Below the pieces are notes generated by a model. That model saw only the letters and a program-made list of their open reading frames with translations, was not told the DNA's origin and searched no databases. From Guillardia theta CCMP2712 (Eukaryota > Protista > Cryptophyta), in NCBI RefSeq assembly GCF_000315625.1, contig NW_005434655.1, forward strand, positions 892,672-956,671: 64,000 bases of DNA, in the 5' to 3' direction. Positions 55,268 to 64,000 of this stretch are shown here, piece by piece. A program made the position numbers and the translations under genes. Each line of letters begins with the position of its first letter. Within the stretch, counting starts at the first letter, position 1.

Positions 55268-56262
55268 TAAACCGTACGGTAGTAAGTTTCAGTGACGGTA
55301 GTACCGACGGTAGCCTACCGGGGACTCACGGTGGCACGGCGGCACCGTGGCATGCGGCACGCGGCAATCACGGCCCGCCGCGGCGGGGGCGCGGCGGCAA
55401 GTCCGGCGGGCAAACGGCCGGCCAGGCCGTTTGCCCGGGCCAGGCCGGGCGGGGCGGCGGCAAACGGCCCTGGCCGGGCCCCGGCCGGGCGTGACTTGAA
55501 AACTTGATCATCGGTGTCAAGTGTGGGGGCCGGCCCGGGCCGGCCCGGCCCGCGGACCCGGCCGACCGGCGGGCCGCGCCCACGCAGCATCTAGGCCGCT
55601 ACTATGACCCAGGCTAAGGCAGGCCACCGTAGGGGCCACCGTAGGGGGCTGAATTATGGGGAATGTCGTCATCTGTCCACCCTACCATAGCACAATCCAT
55701 CACAGTGATATCTGAAGGGTGGGTCCTGGGGCTCAAGTACATCCTGGGGAATATGACACGAAGCAAACAAAATGCAAGAGAATTCATCAAAGAATGTTGA
55801 TCACTACATAGAAACAAGATACAAATCTGAAAACTTTGTGACGGAACTGTAGGCTTGAGTGGTATGGGGTGATTGGCTGTTGTGTATTCATTCCTAATGC
55901 ACGTGTCCGATGCTGTATCATGCGTCTGTGAATGCGTTTTGGTTATAGGCCGGAATTTCCCCATGTATACTAAGAAAGAGAATAGGGCAGAGTGGGGATG
56001 GTTAATTCTTTATGTCTGACTTGGTCTAATACAGTACGGTCAATCGCTGCTGATAGTAGTTGTGTATATCGATGTGACATAGAGTTTCTGCAAGAGCACA
56101 TCAGAATTACTTTCTCAACGTCTACAAACACTCCATGTTTGATCATTTCCTGCTGAACTCTCTACTTGCTTGAGGCTGATTATTTGGTTTAGGTGCGACA
56201 AGATCATTGAACAATCGTAGATTTCTCGAGGGCTCAGTGATTCTTGAGGTTGCACATGCATC

Positions 56263-57110
56263 ATGGGAAAGTGCATGAGCTCAATATCTCAAGGCGAAAA
56301 TTCACAACAACACTTTGTAGATATCAAACAGCAGCTACATGGATGCCGTGCTGACAAACGTAAGCTTAAGAAATTTCCTGCGACCACACACTGATTGCTA
56401 CATTACAGTTCATAAGATCAAGAAAGGGCTGTATTTGAGTGGAATAATAGCTGCTGCTGACAAAACTAAGCTAGAGAAGAAGGGTATCACACATATCATA
56501 AATCTGGTCGGGGGAAGGGTCTACGATGAACCTTGGTTACATGGAAGGGAAGATTGTTACTTTCCAAATGATTTCGAGTACTTGGTAATGCTATGAGAGA
56601 TTTCGCCTTGTGAATCTAACGTATGTTATAGATTTTGGAAACTAACGATGATGAATCCCAAGACCTAACACAATATTTTCAAATCACTTCAGATTTTATC
56701 GCCAAAGGCCTCGGAAAAGGGAAAGTCCTTGTGCATTGCTACGCAGGAATGTCAAGAAGTGTTACATGCGTGTGCGCCTACTTGATGGAGAGAGACAGAC
56801 TCTCACTGAATGAAGCGCTGTTGCTAATCCGTAGGACAAGGTAACGCTCAAATCGTGTAATTCCTTTCAAAGCTTAAACCACAGTTTAGGTATAATATTT
56901 GTCCCAACCCAAGCTTCATTGGTCAGTTGGTTCGTTTTGAAAAAAAATGCCAAGGGAAATATAATAATGTCTCGCTAAAGTGAGTGATTATCTTACACTG
57001 AACAAGCTCAATGAACTGACTTGAAGCAACAGAAGCAAATTTCTGAAAGGAGTATAATCGATCCCTCTGCACTGCAATCGCCTCGAACACAAGAGGATTG
57101 ATCTGATTCG
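56263..57110 (+). CDS. Atypical dual-specificity protein phosphatase with N-terminal acylation motif, multi-exon
   Basis: Start MGKCMSS, then GLYLSG, GITHIINL, general-acid region NDDESQDL, active site VHCYAGMSRS, CAYLM and ICPNPSFIGQL. Confidence 0.9.
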
Positions 57111-58302
57111 ATTTTTTCATTTTTGCACAAGGGTTTATTAGCTAAACGACACAAAACATAAAATTTTACAATTCTAAGTTTTCCGTCGAAATTATGGATC
57201 ATTGAAGACCCACGCGCCAATACTTTTCTTGTGTCTGACTCGTACTTCATCCTATGAAGGACAGGTTAAGTATAATCAGACTCATGTGTGCCAATTCAAG
57301 GCCGTTTCAGAAAATCTGGTCGTGCTGGTAGAGACATGTAGCACAATAGAATATTCATAGCAGCATTGACATCACGAGACTTGATACGGTTTTGAACACA
57401 ATTGGTGGATCTGCACCATTTCAAACCCCGCACCACTGACACTTCGTCAGCCATTATACCATTCTTTTTGATTTGCTTGCACCGTGACGGGGGCGTGACA
57501 GGCTTCCCCGCCTCCTGCCAGACTGGTGAGCCGCCTATCCCAGGCCTCCCCCGACAGGCCGGGCTACCGTCTACTAAACCTCCTGACTGGCGAGTATCCT
57601 GCCCCGCGGGGGACTGGGATCAGCGGCGTGTAGGGAGAGCGGAGTGCCGACTGCAGCCCGCCGAGTCTCCTCCCCCTCCCATGGCGCGATCACTACTAAG
57701 CTGTTGGCTTACAGAACTCCAAGAGGAGGTCTTCGGGTTGACCAATCTCTTACAGATCCAATCTCTTTCCCATCCAATCTCTTACAGATTCCACTTACTG
57801 ATTCTATCTGCCCTCTTACATCTTGCTCTTCTTCTTCACATTCCCCAAAGGCACCCTTCTTCTCCGTACGGTCCTCGTCCTCGTCCTCGTCACCTCGTCC
57901 TGTTGCATGTCAGTGTGCTCCAGCTCGTGCTCCACCACCACCTCCTCCTCAGCATCATCAAAATCATATCGTCATCATCATCATCCACTCTGTGCCATGA
58001 TTAGATCCTTCTACATGACTTCTTGCAAGCAAGTGCATCTTGAGGAATTGATGGAATGGCTGTTTTCCCACGTTGCTCACAGCTGGTGTATCCTTCCGAA
58101 TCAACATATTCATTCACGCAAAGATGATGGCACATCAGGCTTGCATCTTCACAGCATTGATACAATCGAGTGCTTTCATCATGTACCTTGCATTGATGGC
58201 CAAACAAGCATGTGTGCGAAGAAGCCATGAATGGCGCGAAGCTGTTTGTGGAAGGGGGTGGGGTGGTGGGGCCACACATTTCTATCAGATCGGACAGTTA
58301 AT

Positions 58303-58458
58303 CTTATACTCAAAGTTAAGTTAAAGATCAGTACGAGGACAATCAGGAGGCTCCGGCGGCTTGACCCTGACTGACAGTCGCACAGGCCAAACGGCGAGAA
58401 AAGAAAGACAGCGAGAACCAAACCCAATCCTGCCAACTGCTGTCCCCCAAACTTAACT
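58303..58458. repeat. Dispersed repeat family, most complete copy
   Basis: Contains all blocks seen in the other copies. Bounded by a 9-bp inverted pair, AGTTAAGTT (58314-58322) and AACTTAACT (58450-58458). Confidence 0.8.
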
Positions 58459-58625
58459 GATACCTTCACTTAACTGCGCGCTGGACAATCCCCCCGCGCC
58501 GCCATGCCAGCGCCGCCGCCGAAGGAATGAGACGCATACCGGGATGCACCCGCGATGATGGCAGCGTAGGACAGCGAGGCCTTGAGCTGACGAAAGATCC
58601 TGGACCGGATGCGTTTGCAAGTCGG

Positions 58626-58683
58626 CCCAAACCCTAAACCAGTAAATCGGATTGGGGTTTAGGGTTTAGGGTTTAGGGTTTAG
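58626..58683. repeat. Telomeric repeat tract 1 (short C-strand block facing (TTTAGGG)n)
   Basis: CCCAAACCCTAAACC at 58626-58640 and GGGTTTA units at 58655-58683. Confidence 0.9.
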
Positions 58684-60296
58684 TCGGTAAGGTACCTAAA
58701 GGATCAGAAATATGTTACGCTGCAAATTTCTGGAGGACGGGCGATCGGAGCCTCAGGAAGTCACAAGACGACCTGATTGTCTACTGCAAAGAGTCGGAAC
58801 AAGAGAGAATAATTGTCCAACTCACAGTACACCTGATCCCTGAACAGGAGGAGCTACAAGAATACCGAAGGAAGCAAAACGAAAACTATCAAGCCTCGGC
58901 CAAACAGGAGAAGAACAGGAACCACGTGTGGTCCGCAATCCACGGCGACATATCACGAAACAGGAAGGGTCGATCAATGTCGATAGGATACAGCACGCAA
59001 GAAAAGGAAGGAGAGCAGGAACGCGGAGCGATCAAGATACACGGAAAATGTAGCGTCATCAGAGCACATACCATCGCACTCTGCATACTCCTACAAGCGA
59101 TTTGGGAACAAAGAGGCAAACAGAAAACAATCAGGAAAATCTTCGTCCTCTTTAAATCAACCCGAATGCATCGCTTTCTTACGGACACCCTCAGATGGTC
59201 TACCATGCAGTATGAAGACGAGCTCGTATACGACTTGGCAGGAAGACTGCAGGAATGCCTGAGCAAATTTCAGCGGGAAGGCATTGAGATCAACCTCTCT
59301 CTGATCGCAGACCACACCGTAGTGCAAGAAGCTGCAGAGGAAGCTCGCAAGGGAAAATCCTCCTTCTCCTCCACGTGGGAAAGGGCCCTCATCGACAGCG
59401 ACTTGGGATTCTGCATTGCAGACGAAGAGAACTTCAAGCCGGGGATGGATCGACTGAAAATATGGGATAAGATAATCAGAGAAGAACAACTGGAACTGAG
59501 GAGGAAAGAAGCCCCCCTTACCTTGACGGAAACCTTTCTCCTGGAACCACAAGTGGGCAGAAGGATCCTAGGTCGAGCCTTACAGAGGTGTCGAGGATCA
59601 GTACTTCGGACAGCCATCCAAGCTATTACCTGGTCAGCACCTACGAGGAAAAAGCTGTTCCAGTGGAAGAAGACGACATCCCCCTGTTGCCCATGGTGCG
59701 AAGGCAGGGAAGAAAGCTGGGTGCATATCCAGCTAGCCTGCAAAGAATTTGAGCTCATGATCGCTCTGGCACACAACAGAGTAATGGAGACAATCAAGGG
59801 ATGCCTGACAGAAAGCTGGAAGAAGAAAAGTGTTGAACAGGAGAGTTGGTGGCAAACGCCAATCAACTCTATGACAGGGCTAGGACTGACTGCACCAGAG
59901 CACGGCAATCTTATACCAGATGGGCTCTGCTACTTCAGAGGGAGCAATCGCATTGTGCTGGTGGAGATAGCAAGAACTTCAGAGTTCACGGGCGAGGGAA
60001 GCAGTCTGGCAAACCTGAAAGCAAAGTTTCAGGAGAAAGAACAGAAATATGCAGCACTGCGGGCAGAGATGACAAGTAGGAGCGACAACACAGAGGTCAT
60101 ACAAGCCACGTTCATTGCAGGAGTGAGAGGCAGTATTATGGAGCGGGAATGGACCACAAATTTCCGGAACTTGCTCATGGACGAGGATATGATTGACAGA
60201 GCCATGACCAAGATAGTCATCCAGCTGCTCGAAGTGCAACACATGCTGTGGACCTCAACGAGACGAGGAGACACGACCAACAGAGAACAAGCATGA
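58683..60296 (+). CDS. C-terminal part of retroelement protein: degenerate RNase H-like region, CCHC zinc finger, PD-(D/E)xK restriction-like endonuclease
   Basis: CPWC-x4-ES-x2-H-x4-C, AHNRV, LIPDGL, IVLVEIAR, KEQKY, IAGVRG. The ORF-track frame (58926) extends 81 codons upstream without a stop. Confidence 0.85.
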   Translation, partial: VGKVPKGSEICYAANFWRTGDRSLRKSQDDLIVYCKESEQERIIVQLTVHLIPEQEELQEYRRKQNENYQASAKQEKNRNHVWSAIHGDISRNRKGRSMSIGYSTQEKEGEQERGAIKIHGKCSVIRAHTIALCILLQAIWEQRGKQKTIRKIFVLFKSTRMHRFLTDTLRWSTMQYEDELVYDLAGRLQECLSKFQREGIEINLSLIADHTVVQEAAEEARKGKSSFSSTWERALIDSDLGFCIADEENFKPGMDRLKIWDKIIREEQLELRRKEAPLTLTETFLLEPQVGRRILGRALQRCRGSVLRTAIQAITWSAPTRKKLFQWKKTTSPCCPWCEGREESWVHIQLACKEFELMIALAHNRVMETIKGCLTESWKKKSVEQESWWQTPINSMTGLGLTAPEHGNLIPDGLCYFRGSNRIVLVEIARTSEFTGEGSSLANLKAKFQEKEQKYAALRAEMTSRSDNTEVIQATFIAGVRGSIMEREWTTNFRNLLMDEDMIDRAMTKIVIQLLEVQHMLWTSTRRGDTTNREQA

Positions 60297-60546
60297 AGGA
60301 TATAAGAGGGTTGGAAGATGAAGGGGTAAATATCAACGAGGACAGATCACAAGGGAAGCCTCAAAAGCTAGCAACCAGGATCAGCATGGCTGGGAAGGGG
60401 CAAGGACACAGAAGACAGATGGAAGACGAAAGGGCAACGGTCAACGGACAGACCGAAGGTGAAGCCTCATAGGCGAAAAACAACCAACATGGCAAGGAAG
60501 GGGCAAGGACACAGGAGACAGATGGATCATCGGACGACAGGGGAAA
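58684..60546 (+). mobile_element. 5'-truncated non-LTR retrotransposon (RLE type) inserted in telomeric repeats (unit A)
   Basis: Flanked on both sides by TTTAGGG. The frame is open from the junction with no initiator ATG. It has CCHC and RLE motifs and a ~250-bp 3' UTR. Confidence 0.85.
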
Positions 60547-60620
60547 GGGGTTTAGGGTTTAGGGTATAGGGTTTAGGGTTTAGGGTTTAGGGTTTTAGGG
60601 TTTAGGGTTTAGGGTTTAGG
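60547..60620 (+). repeat. Telomeric repeat tract 2, (TTTAGGG)~10 with TATAGGG and TTTTAGGG variants
   Basis: Read directly from the sequence. Confidence 0.97.
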
Positions 60621-60734
60621 AGGCGCCGTTATTTTCGGCAGGCGCCGTTATTTTCGGCAGGCGCCGTTATTTTCGGCAGGCGCCGTTATTTTCGGCAGGC
60701 GCCGTTATTTTCGGCAGGCGCCGTTATTTTCGGC
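60621..60734 (+). repeat. 19-bp tandem repeat x6 at element 5' end
   Basis: AGGCGCCGTTATTTTCGGC in six perfect copies, with a seventh ~18 bp later. Confidence 0.95.
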
Positions 60735-60863
60735 AGCATGGCTCTTTTCGGCAGGCGCCGTTATTTTCGGCAGCATGGCTCCTTGCCAGGTGTAGGGGAA
60801 GCCGCCAGGGCGCCAAGGAAGCTGCAAGCGAGAGGTTTGTATACTTCAAATAGCTTTCTAAGT

Positions 60864-62936
60864 ATGGTTCTTCAGTATGATGAAAATGTTCGCAACCTGC
60901 TGTATCGGAGATCATGCCAATACACGCAGAGCGGACTTGTGGATGCCTCTGTCCTCGAAGCTGATCTCGTCGAGAGGGTGAAGAGCTTCGCGAAGCGTTA
61001 TCCGAACAGCAGGACAGCCCAGGCTTGCAAGGCTGTGGAGGGATGCACCCCCGACGCTATCGCAGAAGCCATCCGCTCGACATGTCAGCAGGCACGACGT
61101 GAGCTTCTGCAAGAAGCGATGACTGGATGGAGTGACGCATCCAGAGAGTGGTTTATGCAGCAGATTGAAGAAGCCAAGAAGGAGAAGGTCGAGACATACA
61201 CCGCCTCAGCAGGCAACGAGGTGACTTCCTTCATCTCCATGACTCTCCTGGGCATCTCCTCGGTGTATGTCAACCATGAAGAAAAGCTGAAGAAGAAATT
61301 TGAAGAGATCGGACTGATCGTAGACTCAGTGCAAGAGAGTAAAGCAATCATGTGGAAGGCTCCGTATAGACCCGAGATAGCGAGTGCTGAGGAGATCCCG
61401 GTGACTGTTTCCTTCCTCCGCAATGCACAAGCGGAGAAGCTCTGGCAGGGAAGAGAGGACTTCGCGATCGATGGTCGCAAGTTCACAGCTGTACATGTGA
61501 GCATCGTGCACGATCGATCTTTCAAGATTCGAGCCAAGAGAGGACCCTGGGGCAAAGGGGGCAGCTTGGCAGAGCTGACCCACCTGTTAACCTTGGGCGG
61601 CATGACAACGGCTGAGATAGCTGCCGTCTATCGCTATCAGCTGCTGCGCCAGTCCCTTGCAGCGGTCCAACTCCAGCCGCTGGCAGGCATGCTGGTCGCT
61701 GGGGCGCCAGGACAGCAAGTCCACAAAGGCTTAGGTCAGAAAGGCTTCGTCGCTGTAGGGGCCAACGTCATCTGGAGACAGAGGGAGGTGGAGTGGATCG
61801 TCTCCTCGAGCTGCCCAGAGGCGAATGATACAGCATTTCGAGCTTTCCGAGAGAGCGAAGCGATGGAGGGAGTACACCTGACTCTGTTCAGCGAGGACCC
61901 GAAGATCAGAGAGGCGCTCGCAGTCGAGTTGACAGCTGATCGCTTTGTGTCCAGAAATAAGTTGAAGAAGGCATCAAGGATGCAGAAGAAGGCAGGCGGC
62001 AAGGACGGCAAGGAGATCAAGATCATCATCAAGTCGACGGCGGCATCTGGTCGCTTCACGAGGAAGGAGATGGAGGGGCTGTGCAACGGCGGCAACACGT
62101 CCATCGCAAGAGTCAAGAGAGTCCTGTTGGAGATCGCTAACAGGCTCGAGATCAACGTTGAAGGCATCGACATGGAGGAGGATTTGAACACCAAGTCCTG
62201 GAACGGGTCCAAGCTATGCATCCTCCTCGGCTCCACGGAGGATGCTCGACGCATGATGAAGGAGCTGCCCTTCTATCTCGAAGGCGCAGCAACCAAGCTC
62301 GAAGCAGTCGGCTTCGACAAGGAGCCTGAGGCGGCTGGTCAGCGGGGCACCAGCGACGCAGCGCAGCGACAGGAGGAGAGCGAGGGAGAGTGGCTGGAGT
62401 TTACAGACCTGGAGAGGATCACAATGGAGGCAGCATCTCCGTCAAGCCAAGAGGACATGCAGCTCGTCAGCGAGCTGTCAGCAGTCATCGAAGATGCAGC
62501 TTCTTTGAACGAGGCGGGGACGAGCGAGCCGATCAAGCTGGTCCTGGACAAGGCCGTTGGCAACCTCCACGACACCTTCTACTCTCCGGGGAGCCTGGAG
62601 TTCATGTCGCTGGGAGAGTGGGCGAAGATGCCAGAGGAGCAGGGAGTGGGACGCAACGTTCTCAAGGAGAAGCTGGGGAAGTGGCTGCAGAGCAAGCGCT
62701 GGACTCGCGTGCAAGGAGAGAGCAAGAAGGCAAGGAGGGGCAGCGCGTTCTCGCCACGGGCAACGGCAGCTGCTGAGCTTGAGCAGGAGGCGGAGAGCGA
62801 CGACATAGAGCGTCGATCTCTTAGCTTCCTGTTCATAGCACTGAGTAAATTCGCAGAGATGCATGTGCTGGCCTGCTCGCTGAAGGTGGACAAGAAGGAC
62901 CGACTGCGGGTGGAGATGAGGGAACCGAAGGGCCAA
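60864..62936 (+). CDS. ORF1/Gag-like protein with probable RRM-like folds; 3' end lost in the gap
   Basis: About 690 uninterrupted codons from MVLQYDENV, the ATG shared with copy C. RRM-like patterns: MTLLGI..LKKKFEEIG..VTVSF..AEKL..IDGRKF and IKIIIK..LCILLGSTEDARRMM. Confidence 0.6.
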
Positions 62937-63166
62937 NNNNNNNNNNNNNNNNNNNNNNNNNNNNNNNNNNNNNNNNNNNNNNNNNNNNNNNNNNNNNNNN
63001 NNNNNNNNNNNNNNNNNNNNNNNNNNNNNNNNNNNNNNNNNNNNNNNNNNNNNNNNNNNNNNNNNNNNNNNNNNNNNNNNNNNNNNNNNNNNNNNNNNNN
63101 NNNNNNNNNNNNNNNNNNNNNNNNNNNNNNNNNNNNNNNNNNNNNNNNNNNNNNNNNNNNNNNNNN
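62937..63166. other. Assembly gap (230 N)
   Basis: Run of n characters. Confidence 1.
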
Positions 63167-63311
63167 TCAGAAGCAGGGTTCGCATTGTAGGCCGTGTACT
63201 CCCAGTGCTCGAGCGCCTCTTTAGACTAGGATCAATTTGCATAAGCCCACAACGAGGCCGAGCAACATTCTAGCATTCTAATAAACTCACATAATAATAA
63301 TATAATAATTA

Positions 63312-63405
63312 TAGGGTTTAGGGTTTAGGGTTTAGGGTTTAGGGTTTAGGGTTTAGGGTTTAGGGTTTAGGGTTTAGGGTTTAGGGTTTAGGGTTTAGGG
63401 TTTAG
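63312..63405 (+). repeat. Telomeric repeat tract 3, (TTTAGGG)~13, perfect
   Basis: Read directly from the sequence. Confidence 0.97.
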
Positions 63406-64000
63406 CGCCGTTATTTTCGGCAGCATGGCTCCTCGTCAGGTGTAGGGGAAGCCGCCAGGGCGCCAGCGCCGTTATTTTCGGCAGCATGGCTCCTCGTCAG
63501 GTGTAGGGGAAGCCGCCAGGGCGCCAAGGAAGCTGCAAGCAAGAGGTTTGTATACTTCAAATAGCTTTCTAAGTATGGTTCTTCAGTATGATGAAAATGT
63601 TCGCAACCTGCTGTATCGGAGATCATGCCAATACACGCAGAGCGGACTTGTGGATGCCTCTGTCCTCGAAGCTGATCTCGTCGAGAGGGTGAAGAGCTTC
63701 GCGAAGCGTTATCCGAACAGCAGGACAGCCCAGGCTTGCAAGGCTGTGGAGGGATGCACCCCCGACGCTATCGCAGAAGCCATCCGCTCGACATGTCAGC
63801 AGGCACGACGTGAGTTTCTGCAAGAAGCGATGGCTGGATGGAGTGACGCATCCAGAGAGTGGTTTATGCAGCAGATTGAAGAAGCCAAGAAGGAGAAGGT
63901 CGAGACATACACCGCCTCAGCAGGCAACGAGGTGACTTCCTTCATCTCCATGACTCTCCTGGGCATCTCCTCGGTGTATGTCAACCATGAAGAAAAGCGA
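63405..64000 (+). mobile_element. Second copy of the ORF1-bearing element (unit C), runs off the window
   Basis: Matches ~60755-61290 with only a handful of substitutions. The 61-bp 5' leader is duplicated and the ORF is open from ATG 63575. Confidence 0.85.

Larger units (their letters stand above)
60621..63311 (+). mobile_element. Telomere-embedded retroelement-like unit B (ORF1-like gene; contains assembly gap)
   Basis: Bounded by telomeric tracts, with a long intronless ORF. AATAAA and a (TAA)n-like tail precede tract 3. A near-identical copy starts at 63405. Confidence 0.7.

Noticed and set aside
57525-57625. Second HDV-like fold (ATCCCAG/CTGGGAT with GCC/GGC stem)
   Set aside because: P1 and the J4/2 consensus do not fit, and chance pairing is likely in GC-rich sequence.
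60621-60775. CRISPR-like array
   Set aside because: The repeats are directly abutting with no unique spacers, there are no cas genes, and the context is eukaryotic.
60738-60863. ORF-track start of ORF1 at 60738
   Set aside because: This in-frame ATG arises only from the repeat rearrangement in copy B. Copy C shares only the ATG equivalent to 60864.

Overview
Eukaryotic, intron-rich nuclear DNA with microsatellite-laden introns, probably subtelomeric. Its style and bipartite targeting peptides suggest a cryptophyte-type alga such as Guillardia (inference). From 1 to 57 kb there are about 20 genes: an LRR-Roc-COR-TIR (Roco) protein, a ZIP/ZupT transporter, a sulfotransferase-like protein, two paralogous beta-helix proteins, an intronless dsRBD+PIN/NYN nuclease, a PAN+glycosyltransferase-like protein, a bHLH-PAS-like factor, an OPR/RAP protein, a frameshifted mitochondrial-carrier-family gene, an inverted pair of small paralogues, PIG-A, a TPR+PH protein, FAM133-like and a dual-specificity phosphatase. 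Dispersed repeats and transposon fossils lie between them. The main finding is at 58.6-64 kb: a head-to-tail array of non-LTR retroelement units, each separated by (TTTAGGG)n telomeric tracts. The first unit is 5'-truncated and encodes a degenerate RNase H-like region, a CCHC finger and a PD-(D/E)xK restriction-like endonuclease. It is followed by two near-identical ORF1-bearing units with a fixed, reiterated 5' end; the first of these has a different 3' end. This looks like a telomere-targeted retrotransposon system. No reverse transcriptase domain is visible within the array. Exon boundaries of multi-exon genes were read by eye and are approximate.
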